Shown: positions 60,900-64,000 of the stretch, piece after piece
Numbering within the stretch: position 1 is the first letter of the stretch
Layout: the number at the start of each line of letters is the position of its first letter
Assembly (NCBI GenBank): GCA_964016885.1
Contig: OZ024743.1
Location: 209,746,001-209,810,000 of the forward strand
DNA from: Eledone cirrhosa
Taxonomy: Eukaryota
Reading direction: 5' to 3'
Length of the DNA stretch: 64,000 bases
Translations under genes and position numbers: made by a program
Notes under the pieces: generated by a model
Databases searched by the model: none
Told to the model about the DNA's origin: nothing
Seen by the model: the letters and a program-made list of their open reading frames with translations, nothing else

Positions 60900-63800
60900 A
60901 AGCTGTTCACTCCATAAGATATACGACAGTTTACCATCCTATAGCCACAGATGAAAGCTCTTAACTCCATAAGATATACCACAGTTTACCATCCTATAGC
61001 CAGATGAAAGCGCTTCACTCCATAAGATATACCACAGATTACAATCCTATAGCCAAAGATGAAAGCTGTTCACTCCATAAGATATACCACAGTTTACCAT
61101 CCTATAGCCAGATGAAAGCTCTTCACTCCATAAGATATACGACAGTTTACCATCCTATAGCCACAGATGAAAGCTCTTCACTCCTTAAGATATACCACAG
61201 TTTACCATCCTATAGCCACAGATGAAAGCTCTTCACTCCAGAAGATATACCACAGTTCACCATCCTATAGCCACAGATGAAAGCTCTTCACTCCATAAGA
61301 TATACCACAGTTTACCATCCTATAGCCACACAGGAAAGCTCTTCACTCCATAAGATATACCACAGTTTACCATCCTATAGCCACAGCTGAAAGCTCTTCA
61401 CCCCATAAGATATACCACAGTTTACCATCCTATAGCCACACATGAAAGCTCTTCACCCCATAACATATACCACAGTTTACCATCCTATTGCCACACATGA
61501 AAGTTCTTCACTCGATAAGATATACCACAGTTTAACATCCTATAGCCACACATGAAAGTTCTTCACTCCATAAGATATACCACAGTTTACCACCCTATAG
61601 CAAGATGAAAGCTCTTCACTCCATAAGATATACGACAATTTACCATCCTATAGCCACACATGAAAACTCTTCAATCCATAAGATATACCTCAGTTTACCA
61701 TCTTATAGCCACAGATGAAAGCTCTTCACTCCATAAGATATACGACAGTTTACCATCCTATAGCCACAGATGAAAGCTGTTCACTCCATAACATATACGA
61801 CAGTTTACCATCTTATAGCCAGATGAAAGCTCTTCACTCCATAAGATATACCACAGATTACCATCCTATAGCCACAGATGAAAGCTGTTCACTCCATAAG
61901 ATATACCACAGCTTACCATCCTATAGCCAGATGAAAGCTCTTCACTCCATAAGATATACCACAGTTTACCATCCTATAGCCACAGATGACAGCTGTTCAC
62001 TCCATAAGATATACCACAGTTTACCATCCTATAGCCAGATGAAAGCTCTTCACTCCATAAGATATACCACAGTTTACCATCCTATAGCCAGATGAAAGCT
62101 CTTCACTCCATAAGATATACCACAGTTTACCATCCTATAGCCACAGATGAAAGCTCTTCACCCCATAAGATATACCACAGTTTACCATCCTATAGCCACA
62201 CATGAGAGCTCTTCACTCCATAAGATATACCACAGTTTACCATCCTATGGCCACACATGAAATCTCTTCACCCCATAAGATATACCACAGTTTACCATCC
62301 TATAGCCACACATGAAAGCTCTTCACTCCATAAGATATACCACAGTTTACCATCCTATAGCCAGATGAAAGCTCTTCACTCCATAAAATATACCACAGTT
62401 TACCATCCTATAGCCACACATGAAAGCTCTTCACTCCATAAGATATATCACAGTTTACCATCCTATAGCCACAGATGAAAGCTCTTCACTCCATAAGATA
62501 TACTGCAGTTTACCATCCTATAGCCACAGATGAAAGCTCTTCACTCCATAAGATATACCACAGTTTACCATCCTATAGCCACAGATGAAAGCTCTTCACC
62601 CCATAAGATATACCACAGTTTACCATCCTATAGCCACACATGAAAGCTCTTCACTCCATAAGATATACCACAGTTTACCATCCTATAGCCACAGATGAAA
62701 GCTCTTCACCCCATAAGATATACCACAGTTTACCATCCTATAGCCACACATGAAAGCTCTTCACCCCATAAGATGTACCACAGTTTAGCATCCTATTGCC
62801 ACACATGAAAGTTCTTCACTCGATAAGATATACCACAGTTTACCATACTATAGCCACACATGAAAGCTCTTCACTCCATAAGATATACCACAGTTTACCA
62901 TCCTATAGCAAGATGAAAGCTCTTCACTCCATAAGATATACGACAGTTTACCATCCTATAGCCACACATGAAAGCTCTTCAATCCATAAGATATACCTCA
63001 GTTTACCATCTTATAGCCACAGATGAAAGCTCTTCACTCCATAAGATATACCACAGTTTACCATCCTATAGCCACACATGAAAGCTCTTCACGCCATAAG
63101 ATATACCTCAGTTTACCATCCTATAGCCACAGATGAAAGCTCTTCACTCCATAAGATATACCACAGTTTACCATCCTATAGCCACACATGAGAGCTCTTC
63201 ACTCCATAAGATATACCACAGTTTACCATCCTATAGCCACAGATGAAAGCTCTTCACTCCATAAGATATACCACAGTTTACCATCCTATGGCCACAGATG
63301 AAAGCTCTTCACTCCATAAGATATACCACAGTTTACCATCCTATAGCCACACATGAGAGCTCTTCACCCCATAAGATATACCTCAGTTTACCATCCTATA
63401 GCCACAGATGAAAGCTCTTCACTCCATAAGATATACCACAGTTTACCATCCTATAGCCACACATGAGAGCTCTTCACTCCATAAGATATACCACAGTTTA
63501 CCATCCTATGGCCACACATGAAATCTCTTCACCCCATAAGATATACCACAGTTTACCATCCTATAGCCACACATGAAAGCTCTTCACTCCATAAGATATA
63601 CCACAGTTTACCATCCTATAGCCAGATGAAAGCTCTTCACTCCATAAAATATACCACAGTTTACCATCCTATAGCCACACATGAAAGCTCTTCACTCCAT
63701 AAGATATACCACAGTTTACATTCCTATAGCCACACATGAAAGCTCTTCACTCCATAAGATATACCACTGTTTACCATCCTATGGCCACACATGAAAGCTC

Positions 63801-64000
63801 TTCACTCCATAAGATATGCCACAGTTTACCATCCTATAGCCAGATGAAAGCTCTTCACTCCATAACATATACCACAGTTTACCATCCTATAGCCACAGAT
63901 GAAAGCTCTTCACTCCATAAGATATACCACAGTTTACCATCCTATAGCCAGATTAAAGCTCTTTACTCCATAAGATATACCACAGTTTACCACCCTATAG
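60900..64000. repeat. Divergent satellite zone lacking the main HOR order
   Basis: The same 55-bp monomer continues, but there are no 60-bp monomers after about 60730, more singleton substitutions, and a different variant order. A local repeat occurs at offset 1,261 bp (62257/63518). Confidence 0.75.

Larger units (their letters stand above)
817..60900. repeat. Higher-order repeat domain (about 3 kb unit, about 55 monomers, variably rearranged)
   Basis: Diagnostic variants recur in a fixed order (TTAGCATCCTATTG, CTCGAT, AGCAAG, TACGAC, CTACAT, CACGCC, GAGAGCTC, CCGTAAAA, ACCGTCC, GCCACGCCACGGAAG, GACGAATG, CTTAAC, AGTCAC, TTTGCC, CCTTAAG, AGCGCT, CCAGAAG). The 60-bp GCCACGCCA[C/T]GGAAG monomer occurs 22 times between 2294 and 60719 by my count. 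Confidence 0.93.
1..64000. repeat. Tandem satellite DNA array, 55-bp monomer (about 1,165 copies), single orientation, truncated at both window edges
   Basis: The monomer ATGAAAGCTCTTCACTCCATAAGATATACCACAGTTTACCATCCTATAGCCACA[C/G] recurs every 55 bp (e.g. starts at 166, 221, 276, 331) throughout. Most copies carry 0-3 substitutions. No non-repeat sequence was seen. Copy number is estimated as 64000/about 54.9. Confidence 0.99.

Noticed and set aside
817-63739. About 120 short plus-strand ORFs (MKALHSIRYTTVYHPIAT.../HESSSLHKIYHSLPSYS...)
   Set aside because: The three consensus stops (TGA at monomer position 2, TAA at 20, TAG at 47) share one frame, so a 55+53 = 108-bp pairing stays open by arithmetic. 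The ORFs track the 53-mers, the same DNA is read in two frames, none exceeds 132 aa, and I recognise no domain.
1-64000. CRISPR array or repeat-spacer system
   Set aside because: Repeats are directly abutting with no unique spacers, and there is no leader or cas gene.
1-64000. Phase-variable or antigenic-variation cassette library, or diversity-generating retroelement
   Set aside because: There is no expression locus, recombinase or reverse transcriptase. The variants are inherited in duplicated blocks rather than being adenine-specific or hypervariable.
1-64000. Alpha satellite/CENP-B box or telomeric repeat
   Set aside because: The period is 55 bp rather than 171 bp, and I saw no TTCG...A..CGGG box or TTAGGG-type repeats. 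Centromere function cannot be inferred from sequence alone.
1-64000. Sequencing or synthetic concatemer artefact
   Set aside because: Ordered, hierarchically shared variants and regional subfamilies indicate natural evolution, although individual duplications still need read support.

Overview
The whole 64 kb window is one uninterrupted, head-to-tail tandem satellite array, cut at both window edges. The consensus monomer is 55 bp (ATGAAAGCTCTTCACTCCATAAGATATACCACAGTTTACCATCCTATAGCCACA[C/G], 40% GC, no CpG), with about 1,165 copies by length. Recurrent 53-bp and 60-bp length variants and ordered point variants define a higher-order repeat (HOR), which I reconstruct at about 55 monomers / 3,021 bp. 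That HOR is heavily rearranged by recent block duplications (0.5-9 kb offsets) and whole-monomer deletions, has regional subfamilies, and decays after about 60.9 kb. I found no gene, RNA gene, CRISPR array, transposon or inversion. All listed ORFs are by-products of the repeat. The architecture is typical of eukaryotic centromeric/pericentromeric/subtelomeric satellite, but I do not recognise the family or organism. I see no evidence for a novel protein-coding system; the interest lies in the multi-level repeat structure.
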